A stretch of DNA of 64,000 bases from Alphaproteobacteria bacterium (GTDB lineage Bacteria; Pseudomonadota; Alphaproteobacteria; Bin95). The stretch lies in assembly GCA_965205265.1 (NCBI GenBank), contig CBDBGH010000003.1, forward strand, positions 5,024,001 to 5,088,000, read 5' to 3'. The position numbers were made by a program, and so were the translations under genes. Numbering within the stretch: position 1 is the first letter of the stretch; the number at the start of each line of letters is the position of its first letter. Positions 12,470 to 21,980 of this stretch are shown here, in pieces. The notes under the pieces are model-generated. The model ran no database searches and had not been told where the DNA came from. It was given only the letters and a program-made list of their open reading frames with translations.

Positions 12470-13860
12470 ATGAGTGAACCTGTGACGCGCGAGCGGAATC
12501 TCACGGCACGGCTGGTGCATGCGGTCGGAGCCGCCATCGACCGCGAGGCGGTCAAGAACGTCTCCGCGGCACTCGAGGCCGGGGCGGACCCGAACGGCGT
12601 CCATATCCTCGAATCCGGCGTCAGCAGGACGCCGCTGACGGCGGCGGTCGACTTCGCGAGCGTTCCCGCCGCGGTCAGTGTGCTTCTCGATGCCGGCGCC
12701 GATCCCGATCAGCCGGGACAGGACGGGGCGGCTCCCCTGCACATGGCTGCCCGCGACCCGGAAGGGACCGCTGCGGCGGCTGTCCTGTTGCTGAGGGCCG
12801 GCGCCGGTGTTGCTGTCCGGGACAGCAAGGGAGCCACGCCCCTTCACCATGCGTGCGGCGAAGGCAGCGAAGCGGTGGTGGCCGTGCTCCTTGCGTCCGG
12901 GGCGGATCCGGAAGCGAGGGACAACCGGGGCAGGACGCCGCTGCATCTGGCCTGCAGCGGCGGAGGCGTCGGGGCGCGGCTGCTTCTCGATACAGGGGCC
13001 GCTCCCGACCCCGTCGACGAAAGCGGACGGACTCCCCTCCACGATGCGGCGCTGGGAGGCTGGAGAGAGGCGGTAGAGATCCTGCTGGAGTTCGATGCCG
13101 ACCCGAACCGCCGGGCCGGACCGGCGGACCGGTCGCGCACGCCGCTGCATTTCCTGGCGGAGGGACGGGGCGGCGACATGGCCGCCCATGCCCTGCTCGC
13201 CGCCGGGGCGGATCCCGCGGCGACCGATGACAAGGGCGATCTGGCCCTGCATCTGGCGGCGCGGACGGGAGCGGACAGGGTGGCGCTGGCGCTCCTGGCG
13301 AGGAAGCATCCGCGGAAGTCCTCGACGGGGAAGGCCGCACGCCCTTGGCGATCGCGGTGGAAGAGGGCAATGGCGACATAGCCTCCTTCCTGGTGCATGC
13401 GGGAGCCGACCCGAACACGCGGTCCGAGTCGGACTGGACCGCCCTGTTCGGCGCCATAGCGGCCGACAGGGATTACGTGGTCGGGAAGCTTCTGGAAGCG
13501 GGCGCCGATCCCAACCAGAGGTTCGGCGAGGAAGCGGCACTGCACCAGGCCGTGGGCGCCCCGGTCGATATGCGGCCGGAGGAATGCGCCGCGGAGATGG
13601 TGAGGGTGCTTCTCGACGCCGGTGCGGATGCGAATGCGCGTGACGGTGCGGGCGTGACGCCGCTGCACCATGCTGCCCACCAGGGCCGGGTGGACTGCTT
13701 GAAACTCCTGCTCGCCGCCGGGGCGGATCCCGAGATGGCGGACAATGCCGGCCGGCGTCCGGCGGATGAGGCCGCGCACGGTCCGGCCCACGACGAGATA
13801 TCCGGCCTTCTTGCACAGGCGGCCCGAATTCGGGCCGGGTCGCCGGATCCCGGCATGTAG
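12470..13860 (+). pseudogene. Ankyrin repeat protein with a frameshift near 13300
   Basis: ORF 12470..13381 loses the ankyrin pattern at about 13300, where another frame reads AEVLDGEGRTPLAIAVEEG and continues to 13860; real frameshift or sequencing error. Confidence 0.8.
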
Positions 13861-13878
13861 AAGAAAGGGAGACAGGCA

Positions 13879-14802
13879 ATGGTCGATTTCCGGGATATGC
13901 GGGGGAACGAAATACGCCGGTTCCTGGCGGATGGCGGCAGGATCGATGCCAGGGACGACATATTCGGCGAGACGCTCCTGCATGTCGCCGTTCGGCTGGA
14001 CGATGAGGGCCTTGTCAGGGAACTGCTCGCCGCCGGGGCCGATCCCAATGAAGGAGACGGGAAGGGGAGGACACCGCTCTTTGCGGCGGCCCACATCGGG
14101 GACGCGTCCGTGGTGAAGGCCCTGCTGGAAGGCGGGGCCCGGCCGGACGAGCGCGATGTGGAATATACGACCGCGCTGCATCTGGCGGCGCAGGGAGGCA
14201 GTGTCGCCAACATCGGGCTTCTGCTCGCCGCCGGCGCCGATCCGGAAGCGCGGGACGAGTTGGGCGCAACGCCATTGCATCTGGGGGCCCTGAACGGTCG
14301 GCTCGACAGCGTGCAGGCGCTTCTCGGGGGAGGGGCCGATGCGAGCGCACGCACGAGGGCCGGCGGCGAAACGGCGCTTCACTGGGCGATGACGGTCGAG
14401 GGAGGCCGGGGTGAGGAGATTGTTGCCGCTCTTCTTGGGGCGGGAGCGGATCCGAATACGCGGAACGGGATGGAAGAGACGCCGCTTCACTGGGCGGCGT
14501 CGGGCCTCGAGGAAGGCGGAAGGATCGCGGCGCTTCTGGAAGCCGGGGCCGACCCCGGCGCGCGCAACAAGTGGGAGGCGACTCCCCTGCATGAGGCCGC
14601 CCAGGCGCGCAAGGCGGACGCCGTGCGGATCCTCCTCGCCGCGGGCGCCGATCCCGATGCCACGGACGACGAGGGTAAGACGCCCATGGAGTGGGCGATG
14701 CCGGTCGTGGGCGACAATTCGGAAGTGATGGGCCTGCTGGAGAAAGCGGCGGCAGACCGCAGAGCCGCCGCCGGACTTCCGGAGCCCGTGTCGGGTGGCT
14801 GA
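13879..14802 (+). CDS. Ankyrin repeat protein
   Basis: About 8 ankyrin units. Confidence 0.93.
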   Translation: MVDFRDMRGNEIRRFLADGGRIDARDDIFGETLLHVAVRLDDEGLVRELLAAGADPNEGDGKGRTPLFAAAHIGDASVVKALLEGGARPDERDVEYTTALHLAAQGGSVANIGLLLAAGADPEARDELGATPLHLGALNGRLDSVQALLGGGADASARTRAGGETALHWAMTVEGGRGEEIVAALLGAGADPNTRNGMEETPLHWAASGLEEGGRIAALLEAGADPGARNKWEATPLHEAAQARKADAVRILLAAGADPDATDDEGKTPMEWAMPVVGDNSEVMGLLEKAAADRRAAAGLPEPVSGG

Positions 14803-14914
14803 CCTTGCCAGGAGCTGCGGGTGATGGCGCGTGCCAACGCTTCCGGATCGGCGCTTCCCCGTGCCTTCCCGGTTCAGGGACTACAGGGCGGCCTCGTGGA
14901 AACCCGGGCGCCGG

Positions 14915-15259
14915 TCAGCCTTTGCCGGCCTCGGCGTTCCCGTCTGGCGCCGCCGGATCGGCAGCGAACAGTCGCACGGCCTTCCCGATGAAGTCCCTGG
15001 CTTCGTCGTCCGACAGGTATCCGGCGTCGAACGGTCCCTCGCCATAGGGCTCGCCATACATCCAGACCTCCTCGGCGGGAAGGTGGATCGGGTGGGTCGG
15101 GGAGCGGTGGCGCGATATCTCCACGGTCCACGCACTGCCGCGCGCCCTGAAGTAGAAGCGGTGTCCACCGCAGCAGGTCCCCTCGGCCTGCACGGGGCAA
15201 TAGCCGCTGATCGTCTCGATCTCGAGCTGCGGCCGGGTGAGCTTTTCCCGGAGTCCCAT
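14915..15259 (-). CDS. Hypothetical protein
   Basis: GYCPVQAEG...FYFRARG..W ORF with protein-like composition; start uncertain. Confidence 0.7.
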   Translation of the reverse strand: MGLREKLTRPQLEIETISGYCPVQAEGTCCGGHRFYFRARGSAWTVEISRHRSPTHPIHLPAEEVWMYGEPYGEGPFDAGYLSDDEARDFIGKAVRLFAADPAAPDGNAEAGKG

Positions 15260-15317
15260 GTGCGTTTTCCCGTCCGGTCCCGTTTCCGTGTCCGACGACG
15301 CCCGCCTCACGCGGTCT

Positions 15318-15824
15318 TCAGGTCTGGAGTCCCGGTTCCGGGAGGTCCTCGCCGACAGGAGCGGGGGTTGCCTGCCAGGATGCGCTGTCCGCCTGGATCG
15401 ACCGTTGGCCGATATCGATGTCGGCGGAGAGGCCCGGTCCGGAGCGGCTGATGGTGATCCGCCCCTCGGATCCGGCTTCCGCGTCCCAGCCGCCGAAGTC
15501 CGCCTGCAGCATGGCGTCGCCCATCATGGCGAGGGCCTGGTCCAGGCGCATGGGCGGACAGGCCTCGCGGGTGGCGTCCTGGTAATAGGATCCGACGACG
15601 CGCTGGAGGCCGGTAACGGTAATGCCCCTGGCATCCTCGACATCGAGTTGGAGGTCGCCGGCGTCCGCCGTGTGGCCGAGATGCGTGAGTGCGATGACAT
15701 GCGCGTCCATGCGCCCGTCGAATTCGACCTCCATCGTGTCGATGGCGAATTCCTCGAACAGCTGGTCGAGCACCGAAAGGTTGTGGGCGCTCGCTGTGCG
15801 CATTTGTTGCTCGCCTGTCGGCAT
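15318..15824 (-). CDS. DUF6878-like paralog (divergent)
   Basis: HNL..L...F.IDTMEVEFDG...FGGWDAEAGSEGRITI, shared with the paralog family. Confidence 0.65.
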   Translation of the reverse strand: MPTGEQQMRTASAHNLSVLDQLFEEFAIDTMEVEFDGRMDAHVIALTHLGHTADAGDLQLDVEDARGITVTGLQRVVGSYYQDATREACPPMRLDQALAMMGDAMLQADFGGWDAEAGSEGRITISRSGPGLSADIDIGQRSIQADSASWQATPAPVGEDLPEPGLQT

Positions 15825-15986
15825 GCGGGGGCTCCTCCGGCCATCGATTCCGCAAGGCTAGGGGAAACGCCTGAAAACCGGAAGCCGGGCATGCCGCGCG
15901 GCGGAAATAACACACAATCGGATTGACACGATAAGCGGATTATCATAGCAATCCGTTCCGACCCTGGAACGAGGGGGAGACAGCCG

Positions 15987-17192
15987 ATGGGCCGCCGGAC
16001 GGTTCAGGTCGATTATGGCGAGACCGTCAGGATGATGGAGCCGATGGTCCTGTCCCCGGGCGACGACGGGATGGACAGGCTTGTCCACCTGGTGGTGGAT
16101 ATGGACCGCGGGAACGGGGACCTGCAGCGGCTTCTTCCGGAGGCGCTGAAGCGGCCGCTGATCGCCCTGCTGCGGGTTGTCGATGCCCATTTCGGCGACG
16201 CGATGGGGATGCTGCATCCCCTGCATCCGGAGGACATCGAAGGAGGCCTCCAGGGAAGGTTCCTGAACTGCGCACGGGACAGGGCCCGGCAGTGTGAGGC
16301 GGTCGCCCATGTGCGGGCCGCGGAATGGCTCGACCGGGAGACGGCAAACTATCACCCCGCCGGCGAATACGTCCTCGGCACACTTCACCGGTTGCTCGGT
16401 GAGGAAGGGTTCCCGGAAAACCGGCCTGCATTCGACCCGGGCCGCTACCGGAGGGACACTGTGTCCGTGGGAGCGCACGATCCCGTGGGCCCGGAGGACG
16501 TGCCGCGCTGCATGCGCCGCTTCGAGGACACCTATACGGTCCTGTCACCGTCGGATACGATGATGAATGCGGCGGCGATGCATCACCGCCTGCTGTGGAT
16601 CCATCCGTTCCGGGACGGGAACGGGCGAGCCGCCCGTCTGGTGACACGGCAGTTCCTGTCCGGCGCCATGGGGTCGCTCTACTGGTCGCTGGCACGGGGA
16701 TTGGCCCTGGAGAAGCCGGCCTATTTTTCCTTCCTGAAGGTCTGCGACCGCGGGCGGTTCGACAGCAGGGACGGGCCGGGCCCTCTGAGCCGGGGAGCCC
16801 TGGTGGCGTTCACGGAGTGGTTCCTGACGGCCTGCATCGGCCAGATCGGCTTCATGACCGAGTGCTGCACGCCATCGGTTCTGCAGGACCGGATCCGGCG
16901 GTGGGCGGCGGAGGAAGAGGCGGCAGGGCGTCTTCCCGAGGAAAGCGGAACGGTGCTGGTCGCCGCGATGGATGAAGGTTGCCTGACGCGGGGCCGGGTA
17001 GGGGAGATCGCGGGCCGCGGCATCCATCACGGTCGTCTGATCGTCAAGATGCTGCAGGCGCGCGGGCTGCTGGCAACGAGGCACGGTCCGCGCTCGCCGC
17101 TGCATCCGGCGCTGCCGGTTTCGGCGGCTCGGGCCTGGTTTCCGGGCCTCTTCCCGGCATTGCAACAGGCGGAGGAAGGAAAAGCCGCATGA
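15987..17192 (+). CDS. Fic family protein with C-terminal winged-helix
   Basis: Intact HPFRDGNGRAAR motif. Confidence 0.9.
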   Translation: MGRRTVQVDYGETVRMMEPMVLSPGDDGMDRLVHLVVDMDRGNGDLQRLLPEALKRPLIALLRVVDAHFGDAMGMLHPLHPEDIEGGLQGRFLNCARDRARQCEAVAHVRAAEWLDRETANYHPAGEYVLGTLHRLLGEEGFPENRPAFDPGRYRRDTVSVGAHDPVGPEDVPRCMRRFEDTYTVLSPSDTMMNAAAMHHRLLWIHPFRDGNGRAARLVTRQFLSGAMGSLYWSLARGLALEKPAYFSFLKVCDRGRFDSRDGPGPLSRGALVAFTEWFLTACIGQIGFMTECCTPSVLQDRIRRWAAEEEAAGRLPEESGTVLVAAMDEGCLTRGRVGEIAGRGIHHGRLIVKMLQARGLLATRHGPRSPLHPALPVSAARAWFPGLFPALQQAEEGKAA

Positions 17193-18052
17193 GTGAAACG
17201 GAGAAGCCATACTCCCCGCACGACCGGATGGTTGGACGTATGAGCCCAGGGGAGTGCGCCGCCCTGGCGGAAGCGATAGGACGGCGCCGCGCCGAACTGG
17301 CAAACCGTGACGCCGCCATCGTCCTCCGGTCCGCCGACTTTCGGCCGTTGCCGGAGACATATCCCTACGATCCCGAGAGGAATGTCTGGCGGTTCGATCC
17401 GGATCTGTGGACCCTGACCTATGACTACTATGAAATCGACCTGGAAGGCGACAGGTTCCGGACCGAGGCGGGCGCCCTGGGCTCGGTATTCGATATCGGC
17501 AGGAAAACCTGGGCCTGTCTGCCAATGGTCACGACGGACCTGCTTGCCGCGCTCGACTGGCTCCAGCCCTGGCACCCGGACAGGGTGCCGGCCGGCCTCG
17601 ACGAGTCGATGTCCGGAGCGGCCGCCCGGAGGGCGGCCAACCCGAAGCCGACCTGGCTGGAAACCGCCGTCCGGAAGCTGCGGACAGGGAGGTATTCGAT
17701 AGAACGAAGGGGTCTCGGGTGCCGCTATATGGGTCGGGACTGGGAGTTCAATTGGGATGGGCTGCTCGAATTCAATTCCAGGCTCGGCGCGCGCCGGCAC
17801 TTTTTCCGGGTCGTGTCGCATCCGCTCAGGCCGGGCGAGGACTGGGGCGGCGGCACATGGGGAAATTCCGGCGCCCTGTCGGATTCCCACAGCGAAGAGG
17901 AACGCCGCGCGGCAATCGCCGCAAAGTGCTGGGATATCATCGACAACGAGCCGGGGATCACGTTCGGAATGGTACAGGAAGCCTTGCGGGAGATCGATCT
18001 GGAGTTGATCCGGACGCCTTGCATCGCCCCTCGGCAAGAGGAGACCGGTTGA
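17189..18052 (+). CDS. Hypothetical protein
   Basis: ATGA overlap with the Fic gene; protein-like composition. Confidence 0.7.
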   Translation: MSETEKPYSPHDRMVGRMSPGECAALAEAIGRRRAELANRDAAIVLRSADFRPLPETYPYDPERNVWRFDPDLWTLTYDYYEIDLEGDRFRTEAGALGSVFDIGRKTWACLPMVTTDLLAALDWLQPWHPDRVPAGLDESMSGAAARRAANPKPTWLETAVRKLRTGRYSIERRGLGCRYMGRDWEFNWDGLLEFNSRLGARRHFFRVVSHPLRPGEDWGGGTWGNSGALSDSHSEEERRAAIAAKCWDIIDNEPGITFGMVQEALREIDLELIRTPCIAPRQEETG

Positions 18053-18089
18053 CCGGGCCCGCTTCCCGGAACCGGACAAGACGCGGGCC

Positions 18090-19118
18090 ATGAACCGTAT
18101 CCTGCAGGGCGTTATCGCGCCGAGCGCGGCCCTTGCCGTCAATCCCCGGCTGATGCGGCACTGGGCCGATCTGGACCGTGCGCCGCAGGTTGGCGACGTG
18201 GTGTATGGACGGGTCCTGCATATCGGGGAACATGACAGCCTCGAGAACCGCCACGGGCGCGTTCACATGATTGCTCCCGGCAGCCGGGCCGTCTTCGTGT
18301 ACGGCGCGCGCTATGCGCCGGACGTCTTCGAGGGCCGCGTGCCGGAGCATCGGCTCCGCGAGGTGGACCTTCTGGCGAAGTCCGGCCTCATCGGGGTCGT
18401 GCACAGCAAGAACCATCTTGTGAAGGACCCGAGCAGGATCGAGATACTCGGCCATGTCGTGGACGGCAACGGGGCTCCCCTGAACACGCGCGACCATCCG
18501 GTCGCCATGCCGAAAAGACCCCTGCGGCGCGTCCGTCGGCGCGCCAGGATGGTCCTCAATGTCGGGACCGCGATGAACTCGGGGAAGACGACCTCGGCGA
18601 TCACCTGCTGCGCCGCCCTCACCGGCCTGGGCCATGCCGTGCGGGCAAGCAAGGTGACGGGGACGGCGAGCCTGAAGGACATCTTCCACATGCAGGACGC
18701 CGGTGCCGAGATCGTGTCCGACTTCACTTCGCTGGGTTTTCCCTCGACCTACCTCCTCGGTGAGGAGGAACTGTTCGGCATCTTCGAGAACCTGGATGCC
18801 AAATACGGCAACGATCCGGCCAAGTTCTGGGTGGTGGAACTGTCGGACGGCATCCTGCAGCGCGAGACCGCGATGCTGCTGCAGAATGCCTGGCTGCGCT
18901 CGCGCATCCACCGCCTGGTGTTCTCCGCCGCCGACGTTTTCGGGGCGCTCGGCGGGATACACGTCCTGCGCGACCGCTTCGGCCTTGTGCCCGATGCGAT
19001 TTCGGGCCGCTGCTCCTCCTCGCCGCTGTCGGTGCGGGAGCTGGCGGAGCAGACCGATATACCGGTCTTCGACAATATGCGCCGGGATCTTCGCCGGCTG
19101 GCGGAGATCCTGCTGTAG
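18090..19118 (+). CDS. DUF1611-like P-loop NTPase
   Basis: GTAMNSGKTTSA, KVTGTA..KD, VVELSDGILQRET. Confidence 0.75.
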   Translation: MNRILQGVIAPSAALAVNPRLMRHWADLDRAPQVGDVVYGRVLHIGEHDSLENRHGRVHMIAPGSRAVFVYGARYAPDVFEGRVPEHRLREVDLLAKSGLIGVVHSKNHLVKDPSRIEILGHVVDGNGAPLNTRDHPVAMPKRPLRRVRRRARMVLNVGTAMNSGKTTSAITCCAALTGLGHAVRASKVTGTASLKDIFHMQDAGAEIVSDFTSLGFPSTYLLGEEELFGIFENLDAKYGNDPAKFWVVELSDGILQRETAMLLQNAWLRSRIHRLVFSAADVFGALGGIHVLRDRFGLVPDAISGRCSSSPLSVRELAEQTDIPVFDNMRRDLRRLAEILL

Positions 19119-19215
19119 CGTCCCCCTCTGCCCGCACCGATCCAGGAGCATTCGGTTTTTCAGCGGAACGCCGTAGAGTGGGCCGAAGTCGAACGGCGAG
19201 GAGGCGGGTGCCGTC

Positions 19216-20286
19216 ATGGACAGCTACATCGAGAATGGCGAGCGGTGGTCGGTCCTGCGTTTCGACGCCGACGGGGTCGAGGAACTGATGGCCCATGCAC
19301 GGTCGTGCGACCGCCACAGCATGGGTTTCAGCGAACGCGAGCGCGTCTATGGCAAGGGGGTCTGGGACCCCCAGCCCGACGAGGAGGAGAGGGCGCCGAC
19401 GACACTGGTTCTGGTCAAGAACGAAGGCATCTACCTGGTGTCGAGCGGGGTGCCGTATATGCCTGATCCGGACGATCCGAAATGTGCGAAGGTCGTCTAT
19501 GCCCAGGGATACGACCCGACCAAGGCGGACCGGATGCAGGTCTGGGATGCCGCCCGGGCGGCGGTGGGCGGTGCCGACTTCTCGGAGTATTTCGATCTGG
19601 ACACCTTCGAGGCGCCGCTGGCCGCCGCCCGGACGAAGGCGGGCCGCGGCATGGTCGAGATGCATGTCTCGGAAACCGGCATCAAGATGATGACGCTTGC
19701 GCCGGCCGGCGCGGCCCCGCCCCGGCCGGCCGCAGCCGAAAGCGCTCCGGTTCAGGCGCAGGCGAAACCGGAGGAAACGGTCGCGGAGCTGTATCGGACC
19801 TCCCGCGAGAAGTTTGCGGCCTGGGCCGCCTGGCTCCTGTTGGCTTCGCCGAGCCCGCTGGTGCAGTGGCAGGGTGACGATTTCGTCCGGGACGCCGGGG
19901 TGCTGGCCCTGAAGGCTTCACAGGGAGAGCGGGTCACGCAGAAGGCGGTGACGGATCTGCTCCGCACATACCGGCGGCTCGGGAAAGAGCAGGACAGCGC
20001 CATGGACCCGCTCTCCAGCGCGCGGCGGGCCGCAATGTGGTTCCTGAGGACACTGGACCCCAAGAAGGACGACATGGAGTGCCCACACAACATGGTTGCC
20101 GCGACGTCGCGGGCCGCATTGATCGGCAACGCGAACGCTGCCGCGATGCCATCGGTGGACCAGCGCCGCGAATATCATGACTGGCTGTACAAGACCATGA
20201 ACGATGCGGCGAACTCGATCAGGGAGACAGCAGGCAAGCGGGCGCGGCAGGACGATGCCCCGTCTCCCGACGGGCCGGGCCTCTGA
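19216..20286 (+). CDS. DUF3085 domain protein (plasmid/ICE type) with C-terminal extension
   Basis: LVLVKNEGIYLVS...VYAQGYDP...GGADFSEY. Confidence 0.75.
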   Translation: MDSYIENGERWSVLRFDADGVEELMAHARSCDRHSMGFSERERVYGKGVWDPQPDEEERAPTTLVLVKNEGIYLVSSGVPYMPDPDDPKCAKVVYAQGYDPTKADRMQVWDAARAAVGGADFSEYFDLDTFEAPLAAARTKAGRGMVEMHVSETGIKMMTLAPAGAAPPRPAAAESAPVQAQAKPEETVAELYRTSREKFAAWAAWLLLASPSPLVQWQGDDFVRDAGVLALKASQGERVTQKAVTDLLRTYRRLGKEQDSAMDPLSSARRAAMWFLRTLDPKKDDMECPHNMVAATSRAALIGNANAAAMPSVDQRREYHDWLYKTMNDAANSIRETAGKRARQDDAPSPDGPGL

Positions 20287-20308
20287 AGCCTCCCCGGGCG
20301 TCCGGCTT

Positions 20309-20626
20309 TCAGGGGGATGGACTGGGGTCGTCGGGTTCCTCCTCCCGGGAGGAGAGGTCGTCAATACGTTCGAGATCGACTTCCTCGCTTGCCATCCAGG
20401 TGTCGTACTGGAGCTGCAGGCGGCCCCAGTAGTCGGATGACATGCCGAGCGCCTTGCCCAGGCGAACGGAGGTCTCCGGGGATATCGCCCGCCGCCCGCG
20501 TATGATCTCGTTTATGCGGCCGGGAGGCACATCCATCGTCTTCGCCAGACGGTATTGCGTGATACCGAGTTCCTCAAGGATTTCCGCGAGATGCTGTCCG
20601 GGGTGAATTTGGTAAGGGGGTGTCAT
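20309..20626 (-). CDS. higA: HigA-family antitoxin (HTH-XRE), no higB adjacent
   Basis: IHPGQHLAEILEELGITQYRLAK...INEIIRGRRAIS...YWGRLQLQYD. Confidence 0.88.
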   Translation of the reverse strand: MTPPYQIHPGQHLAEILEELGITQYRLAKTMDVPPGRINEIIRGRRAISPETSVRLGKALGMSSDYWGRLQLQYDTWMASEEVDLERIDDLSSREEEPDDPSPSP

Positions 20627-20838
20627 TTTTCGGGTCCCGGATAGGTTGAAATGGCCCCATGAAAGAGGCATTCGTGATGAACCTTGCCGTGCTGCGGCCA
20701 TAACGACAAGTATTACGCTTGACATTCATATATATCGAACGTGCATAGAGGCGGCGCGGATGGCGACCACCATCCTTCCGGTTACGGCGTTTGCCGCGGG
20801 ACCCGCCGGCCTGCCTTCACGATGCGCATCGGGGCGAC

Positions 20839-21777
20839 TCAGACCCCGGGGCCGGGCTCGTCCCCTGCGTCGTCGAGCGTGAGGTCCCTGTGGGAGGCAA
20901 GCGCGACCGGAACCGGGCCGGCATCGGTGTCGATCCGGAACTCGGCGGCCAGCTCCCAGGCCCGGGGATCTTCGGGAAAACAGCAGGGATCGGCGCCGGC
21001 GCCGAAGGGCGGGCCGCCCTCGAGAAAGAGCAGGCGTCCGTCGGCCAGACGCATGAAATCCGCCGTAAAGCTCCTGCTGTCGCGGGGCCAGTGCCGATCC
21101 GCCCCGGGCGGATAGACGATGTCCCCTTCCGGCAACTGTTCGGAAAGCCGGCAGGAAAGGTTCACGGCCTCCGTGAGGTCCGTGCGGACCCGGGCCCCGT
21201 CGGGCAGGTCGCGCTGCGGATAGTAGCTGGAGACCCCGCGAGGCCGCCCGTCGAGCATGAAGACGCGATACTCGACCGGATAGCCGTCGACGAGGTCGGC
21301 CTGGACCCAGGGGCGGCGCCAGACGGTCACGCCTTCTCCCGGATATTCGAACAGCAGCTCGAAGGCCCGCGGGTCGTCGACCGTGAACCCGTCGAGAAAG
21401 CGCTCGGACCATTCCGGACGTCCCCGCGAAAGGTGGAGCTTCACGTCCATCGGGGCGCACATGTCCCAGCGCAGCATGGTTCGGGGCTGCTTGGCATTCT
21501 CGATGGCGGAGAAAAAGCGCCTGATCTCCTCGACCTGCCCGTCGTCCGGTTCCTCCCAGTTCAGGAGGGATTCGATGTCTCCCGTGACCACAGGCTCCGC
21601 GGGAACATGGTCGATGCCGGCACGCTCGCAGGCCTCGATCCAGGCGCCGAGCGACACGAGCCGGAAGCCGTGGGCGTCCTTCCAGGCGTTGCGCGGCGGA
21701 TTGCGCCGCGCCTCCTCAAGCCGGGCCTCTATGGCCTCCATCGGAAGGCGCTTCGGCTTTCGCTCACTGTCGCTCAT
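20839..21777 (-). CDS. Hypothetical protein, possible R2K/Cdc123-like ATP-grasp
   Basis: RPW...EYRVF...GVSSYY...FTADF...LFLEGGP pattern. Confidence 0.55.
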   Translation of the reverse strand: MSDSERKPKRLPMEAIEARLEEARRNPPRNAWKDAHGFRLVSLGAWIEACERAGIDHVPAEPVVTGDIESLLNWEEPDDGQVEEIRRFFSAIENAKQPRTMLRWDMCAPMDVKLHLSRGRPEWSERFLDGFTVDDPRAFELLFEYPGEGVTVWRRPWVQADLVDGYPVEYRVFMLDGRPRGVSSYYPQRDLPDGARVRTDLTEAVNLSCRLSEQLPEGDIVYPPGADRHWPRDSRSFTADFMRLADGRLLFLEGGPPFGAGADPCCFPEDPRAWELAAEFRIDTDAGPVPVALASHRDLTLDDAGDEPGPGV

Positions 21778-21980
21778 TCAGGCCCACCCCACAAACAGTG
21801 ACACGATGACCACCAGAGCCGATAGTTCCCCGATGGCCGGCTAGGTTATCCGCCTGTCGATTCCAGGAGTCTGGGCAGGAGGCGTGAAAACGCCAAATTG
21901 CGGTCCAGGGGGGAGGAAAGACGACAGCCGCCGGACGATACCGTCCGGCGGCTGCCGGGAACCGGACTCAGGCTGAAAGT

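Noticed and set aside
15897-15909. 13-nt match of short spacer 8 (36058-36070) to the intergenic region upstream of the Fic gene, with TTG at the PAM position
   Set aside because: Seed positions 1, 2, 4 and 5 mismatch, and a GC-rich 13-mer match is plausible by chance in 64 kb
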